The notes beneath the pieces are model-generated. The model was not told where the DNA came from. It saw only the letters and a list, made by a program, of their open reading frames with translations, and searched no databases. Made by a program: the position numbers and the translations under genes. From NCBI GenBank assembly GCA_965217185.1, contig OZ244252.1, positions 2,752,001 through 2,816,000 on the forward strand: a stretch of 64,000 bases of DNA. Direction: 5' to 3'. This DNA is from an uncultured Candidatus Entotheonella sp. (GTDB lineage Bacteria; Tectomicrobia; Entotheonellia; Entotheonellales; Entotheonellaceae). Every line of letters begins with the position of its first letter. Positions within the stretch are counted from its first letter, which is position 1. Shown piece by piece: positions 39,651-55,005 of the stretch.

Positions 39651-41675
39651 TCAGGTTGTGCCGAAACGGCTGAGGGCGCGCTCGGCACTGCGGCGCACCT
39701 GCGGGTTACCGTCACCCAGCAGATCGCGAAGCGCGGGCAAGGCGCGCTCGTCCGCCAAGTGGCTGAGGGCCAGGGCGGCGCTCTCGCGTAGCAGCGGGTA
39801 GGTCTCGCGCAGGGCCACGATGAGATGCGGCACGGCGCGGCGGTCGCCCTGGCGGCCCAGCGCCTCAGCGGCAATGCGGCCAACTTCCTTGTCTTCGTCG
39901 GTCAGCATGGGAATCAGTGCGTGCACCACGTCGGCCCCGGCCAGGTTGCCGAGGGCGCGGGTGGCAATCCAGCGCACGTCACTGTTGCCGTCGGCCAGTG
40001 CTTCGATCAGCACCGCGGCCGTTTGCGGCAGGGCGACGTCGGCCAAGGATTGCACTGCGGCGCTGCGGACTCTCCCCTCGGCGTCGTGCAGCATGAAGCG
40101 CAGAAGCGCCACCGCCAACGGAGTCGAGAAGCCGCCCAGGGCCGTTGCCATGCGCTGCCGTTCGACAATCCCGCAAGTCGCCAGCAGGCGGTGAAAAGGC
40201 GTCAGCAGCATGACGTTCCACAGGTCCTCATCGGCCAGTGGAATCCCGTCCACGAGCCCGGCCAGAGCCGGGAGCCGGGCGCGCTGACCTTCATACACAT
40301 GCGAAAGAATGGCGGCGGCGAGGCGCCGGAGCCTCGCCCGTTGCCGCCGGGCAGTCGGATCGGGATGCAGAAACGATTGCAAGGATGCCTGGATGCCCGT
40401 GTGACCCGTCGTGTATCGCATGCTGTACGGATCGTGGTGTAACAGGCCGTAACGCACGCCTTGCCCCAGCAGCTTTTCGATGCCGGCGCGGAGGGCGGCG
40501 GGGTCGGGCGGCGAGGCTTCATCGCTGCAGCGGATCATGAACTCTTCAACGCCAACCTGTTTGCCCGGCGGCAGGAATGCCCAGGCTTCCAGAAGCTCAT
40601 GCCACAACGGCGCAGCGTCGGAATGGTCGCGGGCAATGCGTCGCACGATGCGGCCCACGAGGGCGTCGGTGTCGTCTCGAACGAGGTCGCGCACCGCTTG
40701 CGCCGCGGCGTCCTCCGCCACCGCTGCTGCAAGAAAAGACCAAGCCGGTGCATGGGTGTCGCGTACCTCGCTAAGCGCCTCCCGCCAGGGCGTCCGGACG
40801 GCGCTCGGCAGGCAGCGCGCCAACTGCTGGTGCAGGCGTTCCCGCTCCTCACCGGCCAGAGGTTTGAGGGTGCAGGTTGTCAGCGCAGTCCCCTCCGACA
40901 GCGCTTGCCGAATGAGCTCAACGGCCTCGGCAGGCCCGGCCCACACGACCAGCGCCGGCATGCCGGCTTGGTTCAGGGCATCAGCGAGGGCTGCCCAGGC
41001 CGCGCGGAAAGGCTCGGCTTGCACCGCCTCCACCTGATCGACGACCACAACCAGCACCGCCTTGCCCGCTTCGATGCGCCCGCGCATCGCTCCGATCAGG
41101 TCCGTCCAGCGCCGTTGCGGGTCCCGCGACGACGCATCGCCCGCGCGGTTCAGTCCTGCCAGCGCCGTTGCCGCGCCGACCGCCCAAGGGTGCTGCCGCA
41201 CACGCGCCAACAGGCTCGCCAACGGCGCCGCGCTCTGTCCCGACTGCGCCCTGTCCGTCCCGGCAATCATGCGGGTGAAGTCCGCATCGTCCCAGCTCAG
41301 TCCCTTCAGACTGCGCAGACGCCGGGTGTCGCGGTATGCCTTCTGCACAATCTGCTGGCTTCTTGCCCGCAAGCCGGCAAGCAGCGAGGCGAACACATCC
41401 TGCGCCAGCAGGCAATCCGCCGCATTCACCGGCACCAGCAGCACCCCGGACGGCTGGCAGCGCCGCGCCACGAATTCCTCCAGCAGCGCCGATTTGCCGC
41501 TCCCCGACGGCCCCTGCAACACCACGAATACCTGCCTGCCCTGGGTCGCCTGTCGCAAACCGGCGTCCAGTTCGGTCAACACCGCTTCCCGACCGATGAA
41601 CGGCACCCGCAGCAGCGGCTTGTGGCGCGTACGGCGGTATCTTGTTAGCAAGCTTTGAATCCAGGGCAGGCGCAT
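39651..41675 (-). CDS. P-loop (AAA_16/STAND-like) ATPase with C-terminal HEAT repeats
   Basis: FIGRE, GPSGSGKS Walker A, VVVVDQVE Walker B-like; about 5 HEAT repeats (D....VR..A..ALG). Confidence 0.78.
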   Translation of the reverse strand: MRLPWIQSLLTRYRRTRHKPLLRVPFIGREAVLTELDAGLRQATQGRQVFVVLQGPSGSGKSALLEEFVARRCQPSGVLLVPVNAADCLLAQDVFASLLAGLRARSQQIVQKAYRDTRRLRSLKGLSWDDADFTRMIAGTDRAQSGQSAAPLASLLARVRQHPWAVGAATALAGLNRAGDASSRDPQRRWTDLIGAMRGRIEAGKAVLVVVVDQVEAVQAEPFRAAWAALADALNQAGMPALVVWAGPAEAVELIRQALSEGTALTTCTLKPLAGEERERLHQQLARCLPSAVRTPWREALSEVRDTHAPAWSFLAAAVAEDAAAQAVRDLVRDDTDALVGRIVRRIARDHSDAAPLWHELLEAWAFLPPGKQVGVEEFMIRCSDEASPPDPAALRAGIEKLLGQGVRYGLLHHDPYSMRYTTGHTGIQASLQSFLHPDPTARRQRARLRRLAAAILSHVYEGQRARLPALAGLVDGIPLADEDLWNVMLLTPFHRLLATCGIVERQRMATALGGFSTPLAVALLRFMLHDAEGRVRSAAVQSLADVALPQTAAVLIEALADGNSDVRWIATRALGNLAGADVVHALIPMLTDEDKEVGRIAAEALGRQGDRRAVPHLIVALRETYPLLRESAALALSHLADERALPALRDLLGDGNPQVRRSAERALSRFGTT

Positions 41676-41737
41676 GGTGGCACCTCGTGGAATGGCGAAA
41701 AGACAATAGGCGAGAAGGCCGCCGACCGGCGCGGGCG

Positions 41738-42196
41738 TTATGCGGGAGGGCTGGAAACGGGATCGGAAGCGGCAACCGGGTTGTCTTCAGACGGCGCCAC
41801 TTGGTCCTTGATACGGTCGAGAATGCCGTTGATGAAGGATGGCGCGTCGTCGGCGCCGTAGCGCTTGGCCACCTCGATGGCCTCATTGATGGTCACGTTA
41901 GGCGGGATTTCCGGCATGAACAGCAGTTCGTAGATGGCAAACCGCAGGATGTTGCGCTCCACCAGGCCGATGCGCTCCAATGACCAGTTGGCGCTCCATT
42001 CCCGGATGAGGGCGTCGATCTCGTCACGAGAGGCGATCACACCGCGCAGCAGGGCGCCGGTGAATTCCCGCGTACGCCCCGCCGTGAGCGCGTGTGCCCA
42101 TGAACTGGCCAGCACAGCCTCCACGTCCGCGTGGGTGATCTCGACCGCGTACAGAAGCTGCAGGGCCGCTTCTCGCCCTCGGCGTCGTGTGGCCAT
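41738..42196 (-). CDS. nusB: Transcription antitermination factor
   Basis: RRRGREAALQ, NILR.AIYEL, INEAIEVAK and FINGILD. Confidence 0.95.
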   Translation of the reverse strand: MATRRRGREAALQLLYAVEITHADVEAVLASSWAHALTAGRTREFTGALLRGVIASRDEIDALIREWSANWSLERIGLVERNILRFAIYELLFMPEIPPNVTINEAIEVAKRYGADDAPSFINGILDRIKDQVAPSEDNPVAASDPVSSPPA

Positions 42197-42211
42197 TTCG
42201 AGACTCCGTTG

Positions 42212-42700
42212 CTAGCTGCCGCTCGCTTTGGCGTGCAGCTGGTGATACAGGTTCGCCATTTCCATGGCCGAAACGGCTGCCTCCCAGCCTTTATTCCCGG
42301 CCTTGCTGCCGGCGCGCTCGATCGCCTGCTCCAGCGTATCGGTGGTCAGCACCCCGAAACTTACCGGCACGCCACTGTTCAAGGCCGTATTGGCGATACC
42401 GTTGGCCGCCGCGGCAGCGATGTAGTCAAAATGCGGCGTGGCTCCCCGAATCAGCGTGCCGAGGCAAATGACAGCATCACCGGCGCGCCCGTTATCGACC
42501 AGTTTACGCGCCATCAGGGGCACCTCGAACGAGCCCGGCACCCGGTACACCGTGATTGCCTCGTCGCTGGCGCCGTGCCGCACCAGGGCATCTACGGCGC
42601 CGTCGAGCAGGCGCTCGGTAATGAACTCGTTAAACCGGCTGACGATAATGGCGAACTCCAGGCCGGCGGCGGACAGGTGGCCTTCGACAAAACGGGGCAT
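42212..42700 (-). CDS. ribH: 6,7-dimethyl-8-ribityllumazine synthase
   Basis: [23 protein letters not shown] and ERAG.K.GNKG. Confidence 0.95.
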   Translation of the reverse strand: MPRFVEGHLSAAGLEFAIIVSRFNEFITERLLDGAVDALVRHGASDEAITVYRVPGSFEVPLMARKLVDNGRAGDAVICLGTLIRGATPHFDYIAAAAANGIANTALNSGVPVSFGVLTTDTLEQAIERAGSKAGNKGWEAAVSAMEMANLYHQLHAKASGS

Positions 42701-42754
42701 GGCGATTTCCTTTTCCTTGGCTGTCACACGCACCGGCACGCGCGGCGCTGGCGG

Positions 42755-44004
<1,250 letters not shown>

Positions 44005-44008
<4 letters not shown>

Positions 44009-45158
44009 CGCGTGTGCTCCTTCTTCCCGTCTGCCTCCGGCGCACACGCAGACCACGCCGGGTAGGCTTCCAGCATGATATCGCCGCCAACCTGCCGGCT
44101 CGTGAGGTCCCGCAACGACAAGGCCTGGTCCATGGTATCGACCCCGCAAGGTCCGAAAACGCTGATGCCATCGCCGCCGATGATCTTCGGCGCCACGAAG
44201 AACACCATTTTGTCAATCAGGCGCTGCTCTAGCAAGGCCGCCGTCAGCACCGCGCCGCCCTCCACAAGAACGCTGGCGATGCCGCGCTCGCCGAGAACCG
44301 TGCACAGGGCGTCCAGATTCACCCGGCCGTCACCGCAGGCCGGCAGGCGAATCACCTCCACGCAGCGTTCCTGCAAAGCCCGCACTTTGGCGTCAGTGGC
44401 CTGATCGGTGGTGGCGATCAAGGTACGTCTGTCTTGCGCCACGTCGGCCACCTGCGCCATTGGGGCAAGTCGCAGGGTACTGTCAACCACGATGCGCAGC
44501 GGGTTGGCGCCGCGTTGGCCCGGCAGGCGTGTGGTGAGTTGCGGATCGTCCTGCAAGACGGTGCCGATGCCCACCAGAATCGCGTCGTTGGTATGTCGCA
44601 ACTGGTGTCCGGCGGCGCGGGCCGCCTCGCCGGTTATCCAGCGCGAGGCGCCGCTGCGGGTGGCGATTTTACCGTCCAGGGTGATGGCGCTCTTGCTGGT
44701 GACAAACGGCCGCCGCGTGGTGATGTACTTGACAAAGGCTTCGTTGAGTTGCCGGGCCTCAGCTTCGCAGACGCCAACGGTGACGTCAATGCCCGCGCTT
44801 TCGAGCCGTAACAGGCCACCGCCATCGACTCGTGGATTCGGATCCCGCATGGCCACCACCACCCGTCCGACTTGCGCCTGCAGGATGGCATCGACACACG
44901 GCGGCGTCTTGCCCGTATGGCAGCACGGTTCCAGCGTGACGTAGAGCACCGCCCCCCGGGCTCGACTTCCGGCCTCGCGCAGGGCGTACACCTCGGCGTG
45001 CGGGCCGCCGAAACGCTGGTGGTATCCACGCCCGACGACCTCGCCGTCTTTGGCAATGACGCACCCCACCAGCGGATTGGGGCTGACCCAACCCGTGCCT
45101 GCCGCGGCGAGTTCCAGGGCGCTCCGCATGTGTCGGATATCGGCGTCCGCATCAATAG

Positions 45159-45162
<4 letters not shown>
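44005..45162 (-). CDS. ribD: Riboflavin biosynthesis deaminase/reductase
   Basis: PNPLVG, HAE, TLEPCCH.GKTPPC, LDGKIA and VEGG. Confidence 0.96.
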
Positions 45163-47811
<2,649 letters not shown>

Positions 47812-47819
<8 letters not shown>

Positions 47820-49062
47820 TACAACTCCCAGGTGCGTCGGGGTTGTCGAGCTGGAACGCCGCGTGCAGAACCCGCACCGCCAACTCGGCGTATTTGTCGT
47901 CGATGACACACGAAATTTTGATTTCAGAGGTGCTGATCATCACGATGTTGATGTTCTCCGTCGCCAGGGCGCGAAACATGCGAGCCGCCACGCCGGCGTG
48001 GCTCTGCATACCGACGCCGACGATCGACACCTTGGCGATGCCGCTCTCCAGGGTAACGCTGGCGGCACCGATTTCCGCCAGGCTTTGGCGGGCGATGTCC
48101 AGCGTCGGCTGAGCGTCGGCGCGCGCCACCGTGAACGAAATGTCCGTCAGGCCGCCCTCGCTGGCGTTCTGAATGATCATGTCCACCACGATGCCGGCCT
48201 CGGCGATGCGTCCGAACAGATTGCCGGCGATGCCGGGGCGGTCGGGCAGTCGGGTCAAGGTAATCTTGGCCTGGTTGCTGTCCGCCGTCACGCCGGTGAC
48301 GACGACGCGTTCCATGTCCTGATCGGATCTGGTGACCAATGTTCCGCTTCCTTCGGTAAATGACGATTTGACCCACAGCGGCACGTCGTGTGCCTTGGCG
48401 AACTCGACGGCGCGAGCCTGCAGCACCTTAGCCCCGAGGCGCGCCATTTCGAGCATTTCGTCGTAGGAAACGCGATCCAGGCGGCGGGCCTGCGGCACCA
48501 GGTTCGGATCGGCGGTGTAAACCCCGTCCACGTCGGTATAGATTTCGCAACTGTCGGCCTCAAGGGCGGCGGCGAGAGCCACCGCGGTGAGATCGGAGCC
48601 GCCGCGCCCCAGGGTGGTGAGTTCGTCGCTTTCGCTGATGCCCTGAAAACCGGCGACCACCGGGATGACCCCGGCAGACAGATCCCGCTGCAGGCGGGTG
48701 GTGGTAATGGTGCGGATGCGGGCGTGAGTGTGGGCGCTGTCGGTGACGATGCCGCCCTGCATGCCGGTGAAGGACCGGGCCGCGCATCCGGCCTCTTGCA
48801 GGGCCATGGCGACCAAGGCAATGGACACCATTTCGCCGGTGGCGAGGAGCATATCGACCTCTCTCGCCGCCGGCGTCGCGGTGACCTCCTGTGCCAAACC
48901 GAGCAACCGGTCGGTCTCGCCGGCCATAGCCGACACAACAACTACAACACGGCTGCCGGCGTGCCGCACGCGCCGCACGCGCTCGGCCAGCGCCCGGATG
49001 CGGTCCACAGTCCCCACCGAGGTGCCGCCGTATTTCTGTACGATTAGGTCCGCCTTCGCCAT
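47812..49062 (-). CDS. lysC: Aspartate kinase
   Basis: [29 protein letters not shown] and two ACT domains (STSEIKIS). Confidence 0.96.
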
Positions 49063-49066
49063 GCCG

Positions 49067-50386
49067 TCACGCTTCCACGGCATCTTCGACGCGGATGCGG
49101 GTGGTCTCGCCCTGCACCGCCGACAGGCTGGCGATGGCCTGAAGCGCTCGCTGCACGCTCTGCTCGCGCGCTTCGTGCGTCATTATGACAACGGATACCG
49201 GTGTGCCCGGTGCGTGCGCCCGGCCTTTTTGCAGCACCGACTCGATGCTGATGTCGTGCTGGCCGAGGATGCCGGCGATGGCCGCCAGGGTGCCGGGTTG
49301 GTCGAGCACCTGAAACCGCAGGTAGTATCGGCAGACGATCTCGTCGATCTTTTGCAGCGGCAGTTGTTGCAGGCTGCTTTCCTGGTAGCCGCGCGGCGGC
49401 ACCCGGCCACTGCTGCCCTGCAGGATGTTGCGCGCCACGTCCACCACGTCGCCGACCACCGCGCTGCCCGTCGGCATGGCGCCGGCGCCGCGCCCGATCA
49501 GCATGCTGCGGCCCACGGCGTCGCCCTGAATGGATACCGCGTTGTGGACGCCGTTGACGTGCGCCAGCCAGCTGTCCAAGGCCACGAAGGCGGGATGCAC
49601 ACGCACGTCGAGTTGCCCCTCGGCCACCTTGGCGAGCGCCAACAGCTTGACGCGGTAGCCCAGCTCGCTGGCATAGGCGATGTCCAGGCGGCTAAGGCCG
49701 TCGATCCCCTCGGTGTAGACCTGCTGGTGCGGCACCCACGAGCCGAAAGCCAGGGAGGCGAGCAGGGCGATCTTCTGCGCGGCGTCGATCCCCGCGATGT
49801 CGAAATGCGGGTCGGCTTCGGCGTACCCCAGGGCCTGCGCTTCTTTCAGGGCCTCGGCGAAATCGAGGTCTTCGTCGCTCATCTGGCTCAGGATGTAATT
49901 GCAGGTGCCGTTGATGATGCTGGCGATGGCGCCAAATCGGTTCGCCACAAAGCCTTCCTTGATGGTGCGAATCACCGGAATGCCGCCGCCGACGCTGGCC
50001 TCGAAGCCGATGTCGCGCCCCGCCGCGGCTGCCGCTTCGAAGAGTTCCTGCCCGTGTTCGGCCAGCAGGGCCTTGTTCGCCGTCACCACGTGCTTGCCGG
50101 CTCGCAGGGCTTCCAGCAGGTACGTGCGTGCCGGTTCGTAGCCGCCCATCAGCTCGACCACAATGTCGATCTCCGGATCGTGGATGACGGCCAGCGCGTC
50201 ACCGGTCACCTGATTCGCCGACAGCGGCACGTCGCTTGGACGTTCGGGGTGCCGCCGCGCGGCGCGTTTCAGCACCAGGCGCGCGCCCAGCCGCTGCGTG
50301 ATCAACTCGGCCTGCTGCGACAGGATGGCGGCCACGCCGCCCCCGACGTTGCCCAGACCGATGAGTCCTACTTGAATGGTTTGCAT
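49067..50386 (-). CDS. hom: Homoserine dehydrogenase with ACT domain
   Basis: [36 protein letters not shown] and GRGAG. Confidence 0.96.
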   Translation of the reverse strand: MQTIQVGLIGLGNVGGGVAAILSQQAELITQRLGARLVLKRAARRHPERPSDVPLSANQVTGDALAVIHDPEIDIVVELMGGYEPARTYLLEALRAGKHVVTANKALLAEHGQELFEAAAAAGRDIGFEASVGGGIPVIRTIKEGFVANRFGAIASIINGTCNYILSQMSDEDLDFAEALKEAQALGYAEADPHFDIAGIDAAQKIALLASLAFGSWVPHQQVYTEGIDGLSRLDIAYASELGYRVKLLALAKVAEGQLDVRVHPAFVALDSWLAHVNGVHNAVSIQGDAVGRSMLIGRGAGAMPTGSAVVGDVVDVARNILQGSSGRVPPRGYQESSLQQLPLQKIDEIVCRYYLRFQVLDQPGTLAAIAGILGQHDISIESVLQKGRAHAPGTPVSVVIMTHEAREQSVQRALQAIASLSAVQGETTRIRVEDAVEA

Positions 50387-50409
50387 GGGTTTCCCGTCCC
50401 TCGTACCGT

Positions 50410-51591
50410 TCACAGCAGCGTGCGCAGGCCGCGCAGGGCCTGGCGGGTGCGGTGGGCGTTCTCCACCAGCGCAAAGCGCACGTGGCCGTCGCCGCCTTCG
50501 CCGAATCCGATGCCGGGGGCCACCGCCACTTTGGCCTGGTGCAGCACGTGTTTGGCGAACTCCAGCGAGCCCATGGCTTGATACGCCTCGGGAATTCCGG
50601 CCCACACGAACATCGTGCCCTGCGGCTTCTCCACCGGCCAGCCGATGCGCTGCAGCCCGTCGATCAGCGTGTTGCGCCGCTGGCAGTATGTCTCGCAGAT
50701 GGCTTTGGCCTCTTCCGCCAACTCGTTCAACGCCACCGTGCTGGCGATCTGTATCGGCTGAAAAATCCCGTAGTCCAGATAGCTCTTGATCTTGCGCAGC
50801 GCCCCCACCAGTTCCGGGTTGCCCAGGGCAAAACCGACGCGCCAGCCGGGCATGTTGAAGCTCTTCGACAGCGAGAAAAACTCGATGCCGACCTCCATGG
50901 CCCCCGGAACCTGCAGCAGGCTGGGCGCCTGGTAGCCGTCGAAGACGAGATCGGCGTAGGCAAAATCGTGCACGACGATCAGTCCCGCTTGACGCGCGAA
51001 ATCCACCACTTGGGTGAAAAAGTCGAGGTCCACGCACGTCGTCGTCGGATTGTGCGGGAAATTGAGCACCAGGATTTTCGGGCGTGGTCGGTGCCGTTCG
51101 CAGGCCGTTTTGAGGCTTTCAAGCAGGTGCGCCGGAGAGGTGAACGGCACGGGCAGGATGTCGCCGTTGGCAAACACGGGGCCGTACATGTGGATGGGGT
51201 AGGCCGGGGTCGGCACCAGCACCACGTCGCCGGGGTTGACGATGGCCCACATGAGATGCGCGAAGCCTTCCTTGACGCCGATGGTCGCTACCACGTTGTC
51301 GTCGCTATCGACGTCAACCCCGAACCGCCGGCGGTAGTAATCCGCGATGGCCAGGCGGAGCTTGCCGATGCCGCGGGAGGCCGAATAACGATGGTTGTGG
51401 GGTCTGCGGACCGCCTCGCACAGCTTGTCGATGACGGGCTGCGGCGGCGGGTCGCTGGGGTTGCCCATGCCGAAGTCGATGATGTCTTCACCGGCGCGGC
51501 GGGCGGCAAGCTTGAGTTCGTCCACGATGGCGAAAACGTATGGAGGAAGGCGGTCAATGCGTGCGAAGTGCGGGGTGTCGTGCGTTCTCAA
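50410..51591 (-). CDS. alaC: Class I PLP aminotransferase, AlaC-like
   Basis: [41 protein letters not shown] and KSYLDYG; TTG start inferred from the AGGAG RBS. Confidence 0.85.
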   Translation of the reverse strand: MRTHDTPHFARIDRLPPYVFAIVDELKLAARRAGEDIIDFGMGNPSDPPPQPVIDKLCEAVRRPHNHRYSASRGIGKLRLAIADYYRRRFGVDVDSDDNVVATIGVKEGFAHLMWAIVNPGDVVLVPTPAYPIHMYGPVFANGDILPVPFTSPAHLLESLKTACERHRPRPKILVLNFPHNPTTTCVDLDFFTQVVDFARQAGLIVVHDFAYADLVFDGYQAPSLLQVPGAMEVGIEFFSLSKSFNMPGWRVGFALGNPELVGALRKIKSYLDYGIFQPIQIASTVALNELAEEAKAICETYCQRRNTLIDGLQRIGWPVEKPQGTMFVWAGIPEAYQAMGSLEFAKHVLHQAKVAVAPGIGFGEGGDGHVRFALVENAHRTRQALRGLRTLL

Positions 51592-51611
51592 AAATTCAAC
51601 TCCTGGCCGCC

Positions 51612-52388
51612 TCAGTCCCTCGTGATCATTGCGTCCGACTTCCCAAATTTCCCCAGTTTTTCCAGTGCCAGGTTCGCCGTGTCGCGATCGGCGAATTTCC
51701 CCACTTTGACCCGGTACCACAACGGCCGACCCGGAGCCACGAACGGGTGGAGGTAGGCGCGGTAGCCTTGCTTGGTTAATTCCTCCATAAGGTTCTTGGC
51801 TCGCTCCGGCTTGAGAAAGCTTGCGACTTGGACGCTATAAGTTTCCACAACTGACTCATTGGTGCCGAGAGAGGGAGTGCCTGTTGGGTCCACTGCCCGC
51901 GGGGCCAAGTCCGTTCTTTCCGCCACGGCAGGTAGTTCCTGACGGGCTGGGACCGGGGCTGCAGGCGGCACAACGGGCGAGGGAGTCGGCGCCTGCGCCG
52001 TTTCAGTTGTTACCCCCGTTCGGTCTGTCGACTGCGGGGCCGTTTGTTCTGCCACGACAGTCGGCGCCGGCGGAGCTGGCGTTGGGGTCGTTTCAGCCGC
52101 TGGGATCATTTTGGCCGGCTCGCCCTTTAACAACGCATCGTAAAACGTCAGCTTTCCTTCTTCAACATCCCCTTGCCCTGGAGACTCGACGGCCTGCTGT
52201 ATTTTGACAACGTAGGGGCTGACCTGCGCGTTGGCCTTGTATCCCATGCCGGCAATAAACCCGGCGCCGAACGCCACCATGCACCCGACCAGCGACACGC
52301 AAAACACCAACCCGATGTGCTTTGGCTTCATATAGAACCCGGGACGCCACCCGCCTCGGGGCACCTGCTCGGTCGTACGCTCTTCCAT
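51612..52388 (-). CDS. SPOR-domain cell division protein (FtsN-like)
   Basis: TM helix, LTFYD.L, Pro/Thr linker and [16 protein letters not shown]; lies downstream of argS. Confidence 0.88.
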   Translation of the reverse strand: MEERTTEQVPRGGWRPGFYMKPKHIGLVFCVSLVGCMVAFGAGFIAGMGYKANAQVSPYVVKIQQAVESPGQGDVEEGKLTFYDALLKGEPAKMIPAAETTPTPAPPAPTVVAEQTAPQSTDRTGVTTETAQAPTPSPVVPPAAPVPARQELPAVAERTDLAPRAVDPTGTPSLGTNESVVETYSVQVASFLKPERAKNLMEELTKQGYRAYLHPFVAPGRPLWYRVKVGKFADRDTANLALEKLGKFGKSDAMITRD

Positions 52389-52414
52389 GCCGGTCTCCAG
52401 TTGAAGTGAAAGGG

Positions 52415-54151
52415 TTACATCGCGTCGGGCGTAGGCACACCCAGAAGCTTCAAGCCGTTACACAGGACTGTTCGCACCGCGGTAGTCAGGGCCACCCGCG
52501 CCGCCGTCAGGTCCGCGGCATCCGGCCGCAGAATACGCAGGCCGGGGTCCTTGTTGCCGCGCGTCCAATAACCGTTGAAATCAGCGGCAATGGCGAGCAG
52601 GTGCTGCGCCACCATTGAAGGCTCCCACGTTCGCGCCGCTTCCGCCACGGCGGCGGGATAAGTCGCGAGTTTGCGTACCAAGGCACGTTCTTCCGGCTGT
52701 TGCAACAACTCATACAACGGCTCGACATGGGTGGTTTCCGGTGCCGCCGCCAGCACGCTGGCGCAGCGCGCCTGCGTGTACTGCATGTACGGCCCGGTTT
52801 CCCCCTGCGGGTTGAGAATGGCTTCCTGATCGAACTTCACGTCGCGTGTCCGGCGGTTCTTGAGGTCGTTGAAGATCACCGCTCCAACGCCGACCTGTCG
52901 CGCCACTACCTCGGCATCAGGCAGGTCCGGGTTACTCACCGCCATCTTCTCGCGCGCCATGCCGATGGCCGCCTCCAGAACGGTCTTGAGCAGCGAGGCG
53001 TTCCCCTGTCGGGTGGAGCCCTTTTCCCACTTGCCGTTCTCCGGGTTGCGTTGCAGAACGAGACCGAAAGGAATGTGATGGCAGTCTGATGCCCATTCAA
53101 AACCGGCGAGTTCCAGCACCTTGAACAACTGCACAAAGTGCAGGCTCTGGCCCATGTCCACGACGTACAGGCAGGTATCGAAGCGCCACTCGCGCTTACG
53201 GTAGAGCACCGTCGCCAAGTCGCGGGTGCTGTAAAGGGTAGCGCCATCCTGCTTTTTGAGCAAACACGGCGGCATGTCGTAGTCCGACAGATCAACCACC
53301 AGGGCGCCCTGGCTTTCACTCACCAGGCCGCGCGCCTGCAATTCGGCAATGGCGTCGTCCATGTACGGTTCGAAAAACGACTCGCCCATGGTGTGCTCGA
53401 ACGACACGCCGAGCAGGTCGTAAACTTTGCCAAACTCGGCCAGCGACACATCGACGAACCAGCGCCAACGCTTGCGCGCCAGCGGGTCGCCCGCCTCCAG
53501 GCGCTGGAACCAGCGGCGGCCCTCGGCGGCGAAATCGGCATCGGCCTTGGCTTCGTTGCGCGCCCGCACGTAAAGGGCATTGAGCTGTACGATGTCCTCG
53601 GAATCCGCCGCATCGTCCCAGCCAAAGCGCTCATAGGCGGCGATGAGCAGCCCAAATGGCGTGCCCCAATCGCCCAGATGATTATCGCCCTCGACCGTGT
53701 AGCCGCGCGCTTCCAGAATCTGCTTCAGGGCGTGCCCGATCATGGTCGAGCGGACGTGATGAAAGGCTAGTTCCTTGGCGATGTTCGGGCTGGAGTAATC
53801 GATCACCACCTTCTTGCCGCGTCCCTCGTCCTCGCAGCCGTAGCGTTCCCCTTCGCGGGCAATGGTCTGCAGCACCTCGCGGCTGAGAATGTCGTCATCC
53901 AGCGTGAAGTTGAGGTAAGGCCCATGGGCGGCTACGGCGGCAACCGGGGCAGCGAGGGTGAGTTGCTGAGCGAGTTGAGCGGCGATTTGTTGCGGCGCCT
54001 GGCGCCAAACCTTGGCAAGGGTGAAGCAGGGAAAGGCGAAATCTCCCCAAGCGGCTTCGGGGGGAACGCGCAGCATGGGGACGATGGTCTCGGTGGGCTG
54101 CCCTAGAGACTCGGTGAGACACTCGGCTATAGCTTCCTTATAAGCCTCCAC
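52415..54151 (-). CDS. argS: Arginine--tRNA ligase
   Basis: DYSSPNIAK, HLGDWGT, DGATLY.TRDLA, GETGPYMQY and C-terminal M. Confidence 0.95.
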   Translation of the reverse strand: MEAYKEAIAECLTESLGQPTETIVPMLRVPPEAAWGDFAFPCFTLAKVWRQAPQQIAAQLAQQLTLAAPVAAVAAHGPYLNFTLDDDILSREVLQTIAREGERYGCEDEGRGKKVVIDYSSPNIAKELAFHHVRSTMIGHALKQILEARGYTVEGDNHLGDWGTPFGLLIAAYERFGWDDAADSEDIVQLNALYVRARNEAKADADFAAEGRRWFQRLEAGDPLARKRWRWFVDVSLAEFGKVYDLLGVSFEHTMGESFFEPYMDDAIAELQARGLVSESQGALVVDLSDYDMPPCLLKKQDGATLYSTRDLATVLYRKREWRFDTCLYVVDMGQSLHFVQLFKVLELAGFEWASDCHHIPFGLVLQRNPENGKWEKGSTRQGNASLLKTVLEAAIGMAREKMAVSNPDLPDAEVVARQVGVGAVIFNDLKNRRTRDVKFDQEAILNPQGETGPYMQYTQARCASVLAAAPETTHVEPLYELLQQPEERALVRKLATYPAAVAEAARTWEPSMVAQHLLAIAADFNGYWTRGNKDPGLRILRPDAADLTAARVALTTAVRTVLCNGLKLLGVPTPDAM

Positions 54152-54258
54152 AGGGCTCCTTCACAGATCGGCTTGCATGTGGCTGTCCAATCAAAACTGG
54201 GTGCGAAATATACAATATAAAGGGGTGGATGAAAAGTCAGATATGCGGGCGGTAGGAC

Positions 54259-55002
54259 CTACAGATACAAAAAGGGGTACGACTTGATTTCGCGGCCCAG
54301 GCAGGTAGTCAGGTGGAGGTGCAACAGCCGTTCCAGGTCCTGTTGGGCAGCGGTGTCGGGCAGCGTTTCCGGCAAAGGAATATGGCCCATCATGCCGCGC
54401 AGGTAGCCGCAAGCGGCGCAGCCGACCTTCAGGGTGTGGCGGGTGGCGGCGCAAGTCGCGCAGACCAAGCCGCCGGCCCGCGCGTTGTAGCCGCAGGCGC
54501 CGGGTGGCAACTCCCCGCCGCAATGGGCGCACTCGCTAAGTTGCAGAGCATAGCCGCTGAGTGCCAGCAGGGAAATTTCAAAGTGACGCAGGACCATCGG
54601 CGCGCCCGGCGGCTGCTCGGGCCGCGCCAAGGCCTCCAGAGCCTCGTCAAACAGCGCGAAGAGCTCGGGAGCGGGTTGCCGGTCCGGCGTGCTGATGTCG
54701 ATGAGCTCGGTCATGTAGAGGCCGCAGCTCAGCAGATTGAAATCCTGGTGCAGAACGCGGAACGCCTGCGCGATGTCGACACTGTGGGTATGGTAAAGGG
54801 AACGCGTCGGGCGCCCGTAGGCGATGACGTGCAGCCGCGTCAGCGGTTGGTAATAACCAGCAGTGCGGCTGTGGCCGCGGCGATTCCGGTGGGCCACGAC
54901 GCGCAGCTTGCCGTAATCCCGCGTGAACAGCACTACAATCTGGTCGGATTCCCCGAGCTTGTACGTGCGCAACACGAAAGCGTCGCTACGGTATAACGCC
55001 AC
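54259..55002 (-). CDS. recO: DNA repair protein RecO
   Basis: GESDQIV.LFT..YGK, CAHC..CATC zinc finger; follows era. Confidence 0.9.
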   Translation of the reverse strand: MALYRSDAFVLRTYKLGESDQIVVLFTRDYGKLRVVAHRNRRGHSRTAGYYQPLTRLHVIAYGRPTRSLYHTHSVDIAQAFRVLHQDFNLLSCGLYMTELIDISTPDRQPAPELFALFDEALEALARPEQPPGAPMVLRHFEISLLALSGYALQLSECAHCGGELPPGACGYNARAGGLVCATCAATRHTLKVGCAACGYLRGMMGHIPLPETLPDTAAQQDLERLLHLHLTTCLGREIKSYPFLYL

Positions 55003-55005
55003 CCT

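Noticed and set aside
48728..50581. Long antisense ORFs (e.g. 1001-2596, 21366-22832, 48728-50581, 55935-57710)
   Set aside because: These are shadow frames of real genes in high-GC DNA, with no family motifs.
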